Source: Planctomycetota bacterium
GTDB taxonomy: Bacteria; Planctomycetota; B15-G4; JADJEK01
Reading direction: 5' to 3'
DNA: 64,000 nucleotides
Assembly (NCBI GenBank): GCA_044225365.1
Contig: JBGAIQ010000025.1
Span: forward strand, 16,937 to 80,936
Shown: in pieces, positions 18,977 to 28,175 of the stretch
Position numbering within the stretch: the stretch's first letter is position 1
Layout of the letters: each line of letters opens with the position of its first letter
The notes under the pieces: generated by a model
Told to the model about the DNA's origin: nothing
The model's database searches: none
What the model saw: the letters and a program-made list of their open reading frames with translations, nothing else
Program-made: the position numbers and the translations under genes

Positions 18977-20596
18977 TCACCGGGAGATGCGGATCGTGCG
19001 CGGAGGGCGGCACGTCTCGAGGTTGCACACGGTGTAGATGAGGTCGGCCACGAACGAATCGCCGGGAGCGACGCGTTTCAGCGGAATACGGATGTCGCAG
19101 TAACCGGTGATCTCGCCGCGCGCATCCGCCCGCGGCGAGAATTCGGCCGCGAGCGCGAATGACGAGCCTTCACCGATCCGCAACTGCACTCCGCGCGCTT
19201 CGTCCGTGGGCGGATAGAGATGCCACCCGCTGCGGATGCTGATCACGATGCTGAGCTCGCTCGAAGTCGCCTGCGCTTCGATCCGCACCGGATCGTCCGC
19301 GGACATGCCTTCGACGCGCAGGACGACGCTCTTCGCCCGTTGCCCTTGGGCGCGCCACTCGTAGCCGCCCGTCTCCGTGAAGTAGAGCTTCCCCTCGTTC
19401 GCCGTCACCCAGTTCTTCAGATCCTGCGGTTCGACGCCGGGTACGTAACGCTTCACGAGCTTCGTCGCGAGATCGTCCTTCGGGTCCTTCTCCAAGCGAT
19501 CGATCAATGCTGCGAGGAACTTCTCGTCGGAGTTGCCGACCCCGAGCGCCTTGCACTCCGCATCGACCTCGAGCTGGTATTTCGCCATCGGACCCGAACC
19601 GCTCGCCTTGCGGAGGAAGGGGCGCCGTTCCTCGAACCACCGCTTCGACGCCTCGCGATCCTTCACGACCTCTTCGGGAACCCGCTCGCCGCAGATCGTG
19701 CGCTCGATCGCGTCGCGCAGGCCGTGCTGCTCCTCGTAAACCTTGCGCCAGACGAAGAGCACATCACCGAGTCCGTCCCGGGGCTCGTACTCGCGCAGCG
19801 ACTCCACGAAGCGGCCTCGTGACTTCGCCGCATACGCGATCGCGTTGAGGAAGAGCCGCTCTCCGGCCGGCGTGAAGCCGTCGGCGCGCCCTTGAAATCC
19901 CCACATCACGAACGAGCCATGACGGGCGACGGCGGCATAGCGTGGCCCCTTCATGTTGATGCCGCCGAGGATCCTCTCCGCATCCGGCGAGTCCTCGAAT
20001 CCGTGGTTGCTCGTGACGAGGCCAGGCTCGGAGAACTTCTCCCTGAAGATCGAGAACGTCTTCACCGTGTCGCCGAAGTCCGGCTCGAACATCTTGAAGT
20101 TGTCGGGAGTCTTCGTGTCCTCGAACTCGATGGCGACGGGAAACGGCTTGCTGAGGATCTCGTGTTCGGGCCGTAGCACGACGGCCTGATGATTCAGGCA
20201 GAGTCAGCCATACTGCCACGAGGTCTTCAGCTTGAAGGAATCCGAGACGAAGCCGCCTTGCCCCCCGACGAGGACGACGGGGAATCCCTGCAGATCGTCG
20301 AGCGTGAAGCCAATCTTCTCGCCCTTCAAGCCTTTCAGCTTCCCGTCGGAATCGAGTTCCTCGACCTCGCCGCCGATGACGAGCACGTCCACATCGGCGA
20401 GATCGGCGGTTCGAAACTCCGAGAGCGACAACGTGCGTACGGACTGCGCGTGCTCTTCGAAGAAGCGGCGATAGGTATCGGTATAGGGCGTGCCTGCATT
20501 GCCCGCGTAGAGCACCCGCAACGGCAACTTCAGGGCGTCGCCCGCGTCCCCGGCCGCGACCCCGAGGAGGACACTCAGAACGAGGGGAATGAGCAT
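18977..20596 (-). CDS. Putative exported selenoprotein (539 aa, Sec at codon 131 in a U-L-C motif) with C-terminal DsbD-N-like domain
   Basis: Track ORFs 20204-20719 and 18977-20179 are in the same frame, joined by TGG CAG TAT GGC TGA CTC TGC CTG. GAGGA RBS and signal peptide at 20596. C-terminus has 'GWHLY...YTVCNLETCRPP'. Confidence 0.75.
20169..20186 (-). promoter_or_regulatory. Candidate bacterial SECIS hairpin
   Basis: GGCCGU-CGUGCU-ACGGCC. Stem starts 17 nt and loop 23 nt after the in-frame UGA (20206-20204), with GU at loop positions 2-3. Confidence 0.65.
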
Positions 20597-20747
20597 TTCA
20601 ATTCCTCGAACGTGGAGATCGGGCGAAACACCGGAACACGGCCGGGCCGATTCTACTCGAACGCGCGGGTTCCCCGAGCGGATGAAGTCACGCCACCAAA
20701 AGCACGCGACCGCATCCAACCACCGGTCGGATGCGGCCGCATTCGTA

Positions 20748-20822
20748 TGGAGCGGGTGAAGGGGATTGAACCCTCGACAACAACGTTGGCAACGTTGTGC
20801 TCTACCACTGAGCTACACCCGC
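20748..20822 (-). tRNA. tRNA-Gly (GCC), CCA encoded
   Basis: GCGGGTGTAGCTCAGTGGTAGAGCACAACGTTGCCAACGTTGTTGTCGAGGGTTCAATCCCCTTCACCCGCTCCA folds as a cloverleaf. Confidence 0.97.
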
Positions 20823-21070
20823 GAGCACGGTTCTCGTGCCTCGCCGCCACGGTGTTTCCACCGAACAAGCGAGCGGAGGAGTCTAGCAGGCAATGCGACC
20901 GAGACAAGCGGCGTCGGGGGCCAAAAATGTAGGGCCTGACCTCCGCTCGGAAGACCGGAACAGGGGGGCTTTCGAGTCGCTCGTCGCGTTCGGTTACAAT
21001 GGCCGCGTCTTGCGTGGGATCCACGCGGTCTGCCCCGCGCCCTCGAAGCACGAGATCGACGAGAAAAGCC

Positions 21071-22918
21071 ATGGTCCGCAGCGTCGCGCATGTCTTCTTC
21101 CACTCGGCCGAGCGTCACCCGGACAATCCGGCGTTCGAGGAGATCTCGGGTCGCGTCTGGACGTACGCCGATCTCGCACGGGATGTCGAGGAATTGGCTC
21201 TCGGATTCTCGACGCTCGGCGTCCATGCAGGCGATCGTGTCGGCCTCTTCGCGGACAATTCGATCCACTGGATCCTGTGCGACCTCGCGATCCTCGCGAT
21301 CGGCGCCGCCGACGTGCCTCGCGGAACGGATACCGCGCCGACCGAGATCGACTACCTGATTCGCCACAGCGGAGCGCGGATCGTCGTGCTCCAGGATCGG
21401 AAGCTCCTCGACGAACTCGCACCGGTCCTCGCCGATATCGCCGATCTGCAGTGCATCGTCTTGCAGTCCGGCAGCTTCAAGGAAGGCGATCCACGGATCG
21501 TGCTGTCGCTCGACGAGGTGCGCGAACGCGGTCGCCAGCGCATGCGCAGCGGCGCGCAGCTCGAGCCGCTGCTCGAGAACGTGCGCGACAACGACACGGC
21601 GACGATCGTCTACACCAGCGGAACGACCGGCCGGCCGAAGGGCGTCGTCCTGACCCACGCCAACGTGCTGCATGTGATCCGCGCGATTCCCGGCGTCATC
21701 AGCTTCGGCGAGGACGATGTCTTCTTGTCGATCCTTCCGGCGTGGCACATGTTCGAGCGCATCATCGAGTACGCCGCGCTCTCGAAGGGCTGTCGCACCG
21801 TCTACACCGACAAGCGGCGCGTGAAGAAGGACCTCGATCGGGTCCGGCCGAGCGTCCTCGCCGCGGTTCCGCGCGTGTACGAAGCGCTCTACGAGGAAAC
21901 GCGCAAGAAACTCGCGGACGGCCCGCCGTTGCGACGAGCCCTCGTCGACTTCCTGCTGCGCGCGAGTTCCTATCACGCCTCGGCCTGCCGCATCGATCCT
22001 GCCACCGGTCGCGTGGAGTGCAGCCGCCCGCTCCTCGGACGTCTCGCCGCCCCGCTGCGACGCATCGCGGATCGCATGATCTTCTCGCACATTCGGAACG
22101 CGCTCGGCGGACGATTGCGCGCGCTCGTGTCGGGAGGCGGCTCGCTCCCGCGACACATCGACGAGTTCTTCGACATCATCGGACTCACGCTGCTGAACGG
22201 GTACGGACTGACCGAGACGGCCCCGCTCGTCGCCGTCCGCAGACCGAAGCAATCCGTTCTCGGCACCGTCGGCGCACCCATTCCGGGGACCGAGATCGAG
22301 GTGCGCGACGCGAACGGCAAGGTGGTGCCGCGCGGTGAGGTCGGCGTCATCCACGTTCGCGGACCGCAGTTGATGCCGGGCTACTATCGCGACCTCGCAG
22401 CGACGCAGAAGGCGATCGACGGCAAGGGCTTCTTCGACACCGGCGATCTCGGCCGCCACTTCGAGAGTGGCGATCTCGCGATCACGGGCCGAGCGAAGGA
22501 CACGATCGTCCTGCGCGGCGGAGAGAACGTCGAACCGGAACCAATCGAGAACGCGCTCCGTCTCTCGCCCTACATCGCACAAGTCGTCGTCGTCGGGCAG
22601 GACCAGAAGACGATCGGGGCTCTCATCGTTCCCGACTACGAAGCGATCCGCGTCCGTGCGGCGCTCCCGGTGAACGCGGGAGAAGACGATGGCTCGAGCA
22701 AGCCCGACGCCGCCGCGGTGCAGCAACTCATCGGTTCCGAGATGAAACGCCTCGTCGATCGTCCGACCGGATTCAAGTCGTACGAGCAGGTACGGCGTTT
22801 CGTAATCCTCGACACTCCGTTTACCGTTGAGGGCGGCGAATTGACCGAGACCCTCAAACTGCGCCGCCACGTGATCGCGGACAAGTATCGTGAGGAGATC
22901 GCGCTCATGTTCGCGTGA
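21071..22918 (+). CDS. Long-chain fatty acid-CoA ligase (AMP-dependent synthetase)
   Basis: YTSGTTGRPKG, GYGLTET, FDTGDLG, GRAKD and GENVEP motifs; TACAAT -10 at 20995-21000. Confidence 0.92.
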   Translation: MVRSVAHVFFHSAERHPDNPAFEEISGRVWTYADLARDVEELALGFSTLGVHAGDRVGLFADNSIHWILCDLAILAIGAADVPRGTDTAPTEIDYLIRHSGARIVVLQDRKLLDELAPVLADIADLQCIVLQSGSFKEGDPRIVLSLDEVRERGRQRMRSGAQLEPLLENVRDNDTATIVYTSGTTGRPKGVVLTHANVLHVIRAIPGVISFGEDDVFLSILPAWHMFERIIEYAALSKGCRTVYTDKRRVKKDLDRVRPSVLAAVPRVYEALYEETRKKLADGPPLRRALVDFLLRASSYHASACRIDPATGRVECSRPLLGRLAAPLRRIADRMIFSHIRNALGGRLRALVSGGGSLPRHIDEFFDIIGLTLLNGYGLTETAPLVAVRRPKQSVLGTVGAPIPGTEIEVRDANGKVVPRGEVGVIHVRGPQLMPGYYRDLAATQKAIDGKGFFDTGDLGRHFESGDLAITGRAKDTIVLRGGENVEPEPIENALRLSPYIAQVVVVGQDQKTIGALIVPDYEAIRVRAALPVNAGEDDGSSKPDAAAVQQLIGSEMKRLVDRPTGFKSYEQVRRFVILDTPFTVEGGELTETLKLRRHVIADKYREEIALMFA

Positions 22919-22986
22919 GACGCACGGACGCAAGGCGTGCGTTCGTTGGATTCGTACACGAAGCACGGAAGTAGGTTGAGCCCGCG

Positions 22987-23832
22987 ATGTACCCGATGAT
23001 CCCGTTGACCATCGCAGGCTCCGATCCTACTGCGGGGGCGGGCATCGAAGCGGACCTCCTCACCTTTGCGCGCTTCGGTCTCCACGGCGCGGCGGTAGCG
23101 ACCGCGCTCACCGAACAGGACACCAAGACCGTGAGAGCGGTGAATCCCGTGGCGCCCGCCGCGCTCCGTCGCCGCCTGGTCACTCTGCTGCGCGATGTGT
23201 CCGTCGCCGGAGCAAAGACCGGACTGATCCCGAGCGCGACGCACGTGCGTGTGATCGCACGGGTCTTTCGCGAGGCGCCGCCGAAGTATTTGGTCGTCGA
23301 TCCGATCGTCGGGGCGACGCACGGGAAGCGCTTCCTCGACCGCGCGGCGATCAAAGCGCTGCGCGACGAGTTGCTGCCACTCGCGACCGTGCTCACGCCC
23401 AACCTGCCGGAAGCCGCGGCATTGCTCGGATGGACCGAGTCCCGCGTCGTCCGGTCGCCCGAGAAAGCGTGCCTCCATCTTCGAGCGCTCGGCGTGCGCG
23501 CCATCGTGCTGAAGGGTGGACACGCGAAGGACTCCGCCGTCTCGACGGACGTACTCGACGATTCCGGTCGCCTGCATCATTTCAAGGCCGCGCGCCTCGG
23601 CGGCGACGTCCACGGCACGGGATGCGCGTTCTCCGCCGCGCTCCTCGCCGCGCTCTGCGAGTCGCCGCGTTTCCTGCAGCAGAGTGATCGCGAACTCGAA
23701 TACGCGACGAGCATCGCCAAGGATTACGTCACGGGTGCGATCCACTTCGCATCACAGATCGGGTCGGGTCGATTGCGCCTCGGCATCGTGCTCGATGCTT
23801 CGGATCGCGAGCGAGAGGACATCGCTCAGTAA
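22987..23832 (+). CDS. thiD: Hydroxymethylpyrimidine/phosphomethylpyrimidine kinase
   Basis: LTIAGSDPTAGAGIEADL, TPNLPEA, LKGGH and HGTGC motifs. Confidence 0.92.
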   Translation: MYPMIPLTIAGSDPTAGAGIEADLLTFARFGLHGAAVATALTEQDTKTVRAVNPVAPAALRRRLVTLLRDVSVAGAKTGLIPSATHVRVIARVFREAPPKYLVVDPIVGATHGKRFLDRAAIKALRDELLPLATVLTPNLPEAAALLGWTESRVVRSPEKACLHLRALGVRAIVLKGGHAKDSAVSTDVLDDSGRLHHFKAARLGGDVHGTGCAFSAALLAALCESPRFLQQSDRELEYATSIAKDYVTGAIHFASQIGSGRLRLGIVLDASDREREDIAQ

Positions 23833-24722
23833 CCCGCGGACCTCAGGAGTTCCGCTGCGAGTTCGACCTCGCGCGGAGCAAACCGCGAGTCGACCTCCAT
23901 CACGAAGGGCACCCTCGACGGCAACACGTCGCGCAACGCTTTGAAGTCGATCTCGCCGCTCCCCGGCGGCAGGTGCGTGTCGACGCCCGCGATGTCGTGG
24001 AGACTCACGCCGACGATGCGCGACGCGTGATCGCCCGCGAATTGATCCTTCGCCGCGAGTCCGGCCTTCTCGTGAAGACGGGCCACGCCGGCGTCGTGCC
24101 AGTACCCGACACCGCGCCCCTTCAGTTCGTCGAGGAGGAGGCCGAGGGCGCGCAGGTTCGGGAAACCCGCGAACGAATCCGGCGTCGCGATCGCGAAGCG
24201 GATCTCAGGTTCGGCAACGCAGAGGTCGAACAGATTGCGGCACGCTCGTTCGAGATCCGGTTCGAGCCGTTTCTCGATGTCGTGGGCCAGCGCTTTGCCG
24301 AGTCGTTCGGTCTCGGCGTCGACACCGTGGGCGGTGAGCCGCCCGCGCAATTCGGCGTCGCGATCCTTCCCGCGCTCGAGGGCGTGTTCGCCGAGATGCA
24401 GCACGACGATCGGAGAGCGCACCGCCTTCGCCATTGCCGCGGCGCGCAGGATGGCGCGGCGGGCGGCGCCGACGGTTTCACGGTTCGCCGCGAGGAGCGA
24501 CGGCGCCGCGTCCCCGTCTTTCTCGATCGCGAATCGCGTCTCGACCGCAACGACGCGAGACCCTGCCGGTTGTAGGAGCGACACCAACTCGTCCGCTGCC
24601 GGTTGGGGTACCGCGTCGGAAAGGCCGCAGTCGCGCACGCCGACCTTGCGCATCATCGAGAGCAATGACGACGCGGAGAACGGACGGCGACCGAGGTAGC
24701 GAGTCGACAGCGCGAGAGTCAT
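23826..24722 (-). CDS. Sugar phosphate isomerase/epimerase-like TIM barrel protein (AP endonuclease 2 family)
   Basis: VVLHLG, YWHDAG, LHD and 'HLPPGSGEIDF...VME' motifs. Confidence 0.75.
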   Translation of the reverse strand: MTLALSTRYLGRRPFSASSLLSMMRKVGVRDCGLSDAVPQPAADELVSLLQPAGSRVVAVETRFAIEKDGDAAPSLLAANRETVGAARRAILRAAAMAKAVRSPIVVLHLGEHALERGKDRDAELRGRLTAHGVDAETERLGKALAHDIEKRLEPDLERACRNLFDLCVAEPEIRFAIATPDSFAGFPNLRALGLLLDELKGRGVGYWHDAGVARLHEKAGLAAKDQFAGDHASRIVGVSLHDIAGVDTHLPPGSGEIDFKALRDVLPSRVPFVMEVDSRFAPREVELAAELLRSAGY

Positions 24723-24726
24723 CTTT

Positions 24727-24806
24727 GGACCGCCGGGCTCTGCCCGGCAAACGGTATGGGGTGGTATGGAATGGTCTGAGTCGGACCGCCGGGCTCCGCC
24801 CGGCAT
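24727..24806. repeat. Two REP-like palindromes GGACC-GCCGGGCT-c(t/c)-GCCCGGC-A
   Basis: Copies at 24727 and 24783; same family as the clusters at 39689, 43605 and 59709. Confidence 0.75.
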
Positions 24807-25024
24807 TCGTGTAGAGAACTCCAGATTAGAAAGACTTTACGTTCCACTCGAAGCTTCAGAACCAAAAGACGTATCCAACACCGCCTCATCTCCGAACGTT
24901 TTCGTAGAATCGAAAGTCTCGCCGCCTGATCCCCCTCCGGCGAGCCGCCGCGCGGCAACGCGCTGGCGCCCTGGAAAACGCGAACACCTGACACCTTGAA
25001 AGAGGATTACGGAGCATCTCTCCC

Positions 25025-27298
25025 ATGCGAACCCTTGCGAAGAGCTTGATCCCCATGTTGCTCGTGACGGCGCTCGCGGCGACCGCGCGCGCGGAAGGCG
25101 GCTATCTCGGCGTCACCATCAACGACGCCGAAGGCGGGATCCAGATCCTGACGGTCCGAGACGCGTCGGCCGCCGCGGCCGCCGGTGTGAAGTCCGGCGA
25201 TGTCGTACAGGCGATCGGTGAGACGAAGATCGCGAACCTCGACGACTTCCAGAAGCAGCTCGCCAAGCTCTCCGCGGGCGACAAGATCACCCTCAAGGTG
25301 AAACGCGGCGAGGCCAACGAGACCTTCGAAGTCACCCTCGGAAAGCGCCCGGGCGAGAGCGTCGCGACGACGACGACCGTGTCCAGCGAGCCCAAGGCGG
25401 CCCATTCCGGAAACGCGATTCCGGCGACTCCGCTCATCGCGGCTCCGGTCGAACCCGCCCCTGCGCAGGCCCCGGCCGCTCCCGCTCCTCCGGCAAAAAC
25501 GGGCGGATCGATCACGAGCAACGTAAGCCTCAAGGCCGCGCCGGGTGGCGCGGGGCTCGGTATTTCGACCGCCACCGCGGCGCCGCCGCGCAAGGGCGGA
25601 TTCCTCGGCGTCACCCTCGAAGGTGGTGACGGCGCGGACAACACGATCTCGTCGGTCGTCGACGGCGGCCCCGCCGCCAAAGCCGGCATCAGCAACGGCG
25701 ATCAGATCGTTGCGATCGATGGCAAGACCGTCGCGAGCGCGAGCGACATCAGCGGCTACCTCGCGACGAAGCAGGCCGGCGATTCGGTCGAGATCACGGT
25801 GATGCGCGACGGCAAGCGCAAGCTGCGGACGGCGACACTCGCCGCTTATGGCAAGATCGGTTTCGCTGCGGGCCCGGGCAACACCGTGGGCGGGATTCAG
25901 CTCTCCGCGCCGGCCGAGGTGCCTGAGAAGGCCAGTGACAACGAGAAACCCAAGACCGCTGCGGGCGGCATGCGCGCAAAGCGCGCCGAGAATGCGAACA
26001 AGGCCACGGCATCCAAGAAGTCCGGCGGTCGCGGCTGGCTCGGTGTCATGCTCGAGGGCAACGACGGCGCTCCGATCGTCTCGGAGCCGACCGAGAACAG
26101 CCCCGCGGCGAACGCCGGGATCAAGGCCGGAGACGCGATCGTCCAGGTCGGCGACCAGCAGATCGAGAGCACCGAAGATCTGCTCGCAGCGCTCGACGGC
26201 AAGGCGGGCCAGGACGTCGCCGTCGTCGTGAAGCGCGGCGGAGCGACGAAGAAGTTCGGGATCACGCTGGGCGACGTCCCCGCCGAGCACGCGGTGGCGG
26301 AAGCCAACGAACCGAATGAACCCATGCCGAAGGCGACACCGAAGGCGAAGATGGATGCCACGGTGAAAGCGGCCCACGAAAGCACGGAGCGCGCGATCAA
26401 GGCGGCGAACGAAGACGCTTTGAAGGCGAAGAAGCGGGTCGACGAGCAGGTCGCGAAGGCCCGCGAGGAAGCGAAGATGGTTCGCGAACAGGCCGCCGAA
26501 GCGCGCGAGAAGGCCGCGAAGGCGCGCGCCGAGATTCGCGACCGAGTGGGCAAGGGAGCGCCGGCGGAATCGACGGCGACGACCGAGCGTTCGCGCTGGT
26601 TCTTCCCGATCGGCAAGGAGCTCCCGCTCCGTGTCGAGAAGAAGAAGGGCGACATCTGGATCACCACGGGCGCCGGCTCGCAGGGCATCCTGGTGCCGCA
26701 GGACGGCAGCACGAGCGTCACCCTCGAAGCGAAGGGCGACGGAGTCGAGGTCGTCGTCGGCGGAGGCCAAACCGCTGGCGAGGTCCACACGTTCACGTTC
26801 AGCCCCGAGATGGGCAAGAGCGGGGACGGCAAGTCGTTCTTCAAGGTCGAGATCCCGAGCGTCGGTGACGCGAAGGTGATGACCCGTCACAAGGACGACG
26901 ACGACGATGATGACGACGACGCGGACGATGACGATGACGACCATGAGCACGGCCACACCGATCACGGAATGGCTCACGGCAACGGCGTCTTCGTCCTCGG
27001 CGGCGGCGACATTCCCCATCACGAGATCGTCGTCGAGAAGGGCCACGACCTCGTCGTTCCGCATCCGCCGGTCGCGGGCGGCGGCGGCATCATCATCAAC
27101 AACAACGGCGGCACGGTGATCATCGGCGACTCGGCGATCAAGCTCCGCGCTGCGCATGGCGGCGAGAAGCGAATCGACGTGCTCATGAAGGACGGCGACG
27201 CCGACGCCAAAATGAAGACGCTGAAGGAACTCGGCTACATCGGCGAGAAGGCCGAGAAGAAGGCGAAGAAAGCCGAGAAGAAGAAGGACAGCAACTGA
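25025..27298 (+). CDS. Secreted multi-PDZ protein with coiled coil and Asp/His-rich tail
   Basis: Signal peptide; three PDZ units (GYLGV, GFLGV, GWLGV ... PAA.AGI..GD.I); no trypsin domain. Confidence 0.85.
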   Translation: MRTLAKSLIPMLLVTALAATARAEGGYLGVTINDAEGGIQILTVRDASAAAAAGVKSGDVVQAIGETKIANLDDFQKQLAKLSAGDKITLKVKRGEANETFEVTLGKRPGESVATTTTVSSEPKAAHSGNAIPATPLIAAPVEPAPAQAPAAPAPPAKTGGSITSNVSLKAAPGGAGLGISTATAAPPRKGGFLGVTLEGGDGADNTISSVVDGGPAAKAGISNGDQIVAIDGKTVASASDISGYLATKQAGDSVEITVMRDGKRKLRTATLAAYGKIGFAAGPGNTVGGIQLSAPAEVPEKASDNEKPKTAAGGMRAKRAENANKATASKKSGGRGWLGVMLEGNDGAPIVSEPTENSPAANAGIKAGDAIVQVGDQQIESTEDLLAALDGKAGQDVAVVVKRGGATKKFGITLGDVPAEHAVAEANEPNEPMPKATPKAKMDATVKAAHESTERAIKAANEDALKAKKRVDEQVAKAREEAKMVREQAAEAREKAAKARAEIRDRVGKGAPAESTATTERSRWFFPIGKELPLRVEKKKGDIWITTGAGSQGILVPQDGSTSVTLEAKGDGVEVVVGGGQTAGEVHTFTFSPEMGKSGDGKSFFKVEIPSVGDAKVMTRHKDDDDDDDDDADDDDDDHEHGHTDHGMAHGNGVFVLGGGDIPHHEIVVEKGHDLVVPHPPVAGGGGIIINNNGGTVIIGDSAIKLRAAHGGEKRIDVLMKDGDADAKMKTLKELGYIGEKAEKKAKKAEKKKDSN

Positions 27299-27330
27299 CC
27301 CACGTCTTCGAGTTCTCCGTCAAGACACGA

Positions 27331-27365
27331 AACGGCGGCGCTCCCCTTGCGGGAACGCCGCCGTT
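27331..27365. terminator. Hairpin between convergent genes (probable bidirectional terminator)
   Basis: AACGGCGGCG-ctccc-cttgc-gggaa-CGCCGCCGTT. Confidence 0.65.
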
Positions 27366-27398
27366 CTCATGGATCGAATGGGAGTACGAGCTCGATCG

Positions 27399-28142
27399 CT
27401 ATGGCTTGCGTAGCACGGCTGCGCGCGCTGCCGTCGCCTCGGCGCCATGCCACAGTTCGTCGAAGCGCCACCGACTCGCGGGATAGCCGGGCCGATACGG
27501 ATCCACGTAACGCGCGCGCAGCTCTTTCTTCTGCACCGCGAAGCCCGGAGTGGGAGATGCCATCCACGCGCGAGCGACTTCGGAAGCACGCGTTTGGAGT
27601 CGTTCGGGATCGACGAGTTCGTCGAGCAGCCCGATCGACTGGGCGGTCGCGGGATCGTAGAGCTCGGCGCCGAGCACGATCTTGTGCACCTGAGTGGGCG
27701 TCAGCAGCGCTCGCAGGATGTCGAGAACGATCGACGGACAGTTCACGCCGATTCGCACTTCGTTCGTTCCAACCTTGTAGGCACCCGTCGCGGCGATCCG
27801 ATGGTCCGCGGCGGCCGCGAGGATGCATCCGCCCGCGACGGCGTTGCCGTTGACCGCTGCGACGACGGGCGCGGGGAAGAAGAACAGGCGCGAGAACACT
27901 TCCTCGAACGTCACCAGGAAGCGCTCGAACTCCACCGACGAGAGCGCGGAAACCGCATTCAGGTCGAGTCCCGCGCAGAAATGGCGACCGCTGCCCGTGA
28001 GCACGAGCCCACGCGCGCCCGCCTTCTCGACCTCGGCGAGCGCCGCGCCGAGCGCTTGGATCAGGGCGGGCGAGATCGCGTTCGCTTTGCCCTCGTCCAT
28101 CTCGATCGTCGCCAACTGATCGTTCGCAACCTGTATTCGCAT
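27399..28142 (-). CDS. Enoyl-CoA hydratase/isomerase family protein
   Basis: FCAGLDL, PVVAAVNGNAVAGGC and NEVRIG motifs. Confidence 0.9.
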   Translation of the reverse strand: MRIQVANDQLATIEMDEGKANAISPALIQALGAALAEVEKAGARGLVLTGSGRHFCAGLDLNAVSALSSVEFERFLVTFEEVFSRLFFFPAPVVAAVNGNAVAGGCILAAAADHRIAATGAYKVGTNEVRIGVNCPSIVLDILRALLTPTQVHKIVLGAELYDPATAQSIGLLDELVDPERLQTRASEVARAWMASPTPGFAVQKKELRARYVDPYRPGYPASRWRFDELWHGAEATAARAAVLRKP

Positions 28143-28175
28143 GAGACCTCGCTCGTTTGCCTCGTCGACAGACGT

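Noticed and set aside
20204-20206. Genome-wide UGA reassignment, or a simple pseudogene
   Set aside because: Many genes here end in TGA with ATGA/GTGA coupling, so UGA is a stop. A pseudogene is disfavoured (not excluded) because of the U-x-C context, the correctly placed hairpin and otherwise intact halves.
20600-20822. Integrative element at tRNA-Gly
   Set aside because: No integrase, no duplicated tRNA 3' end found, and no compositional break.
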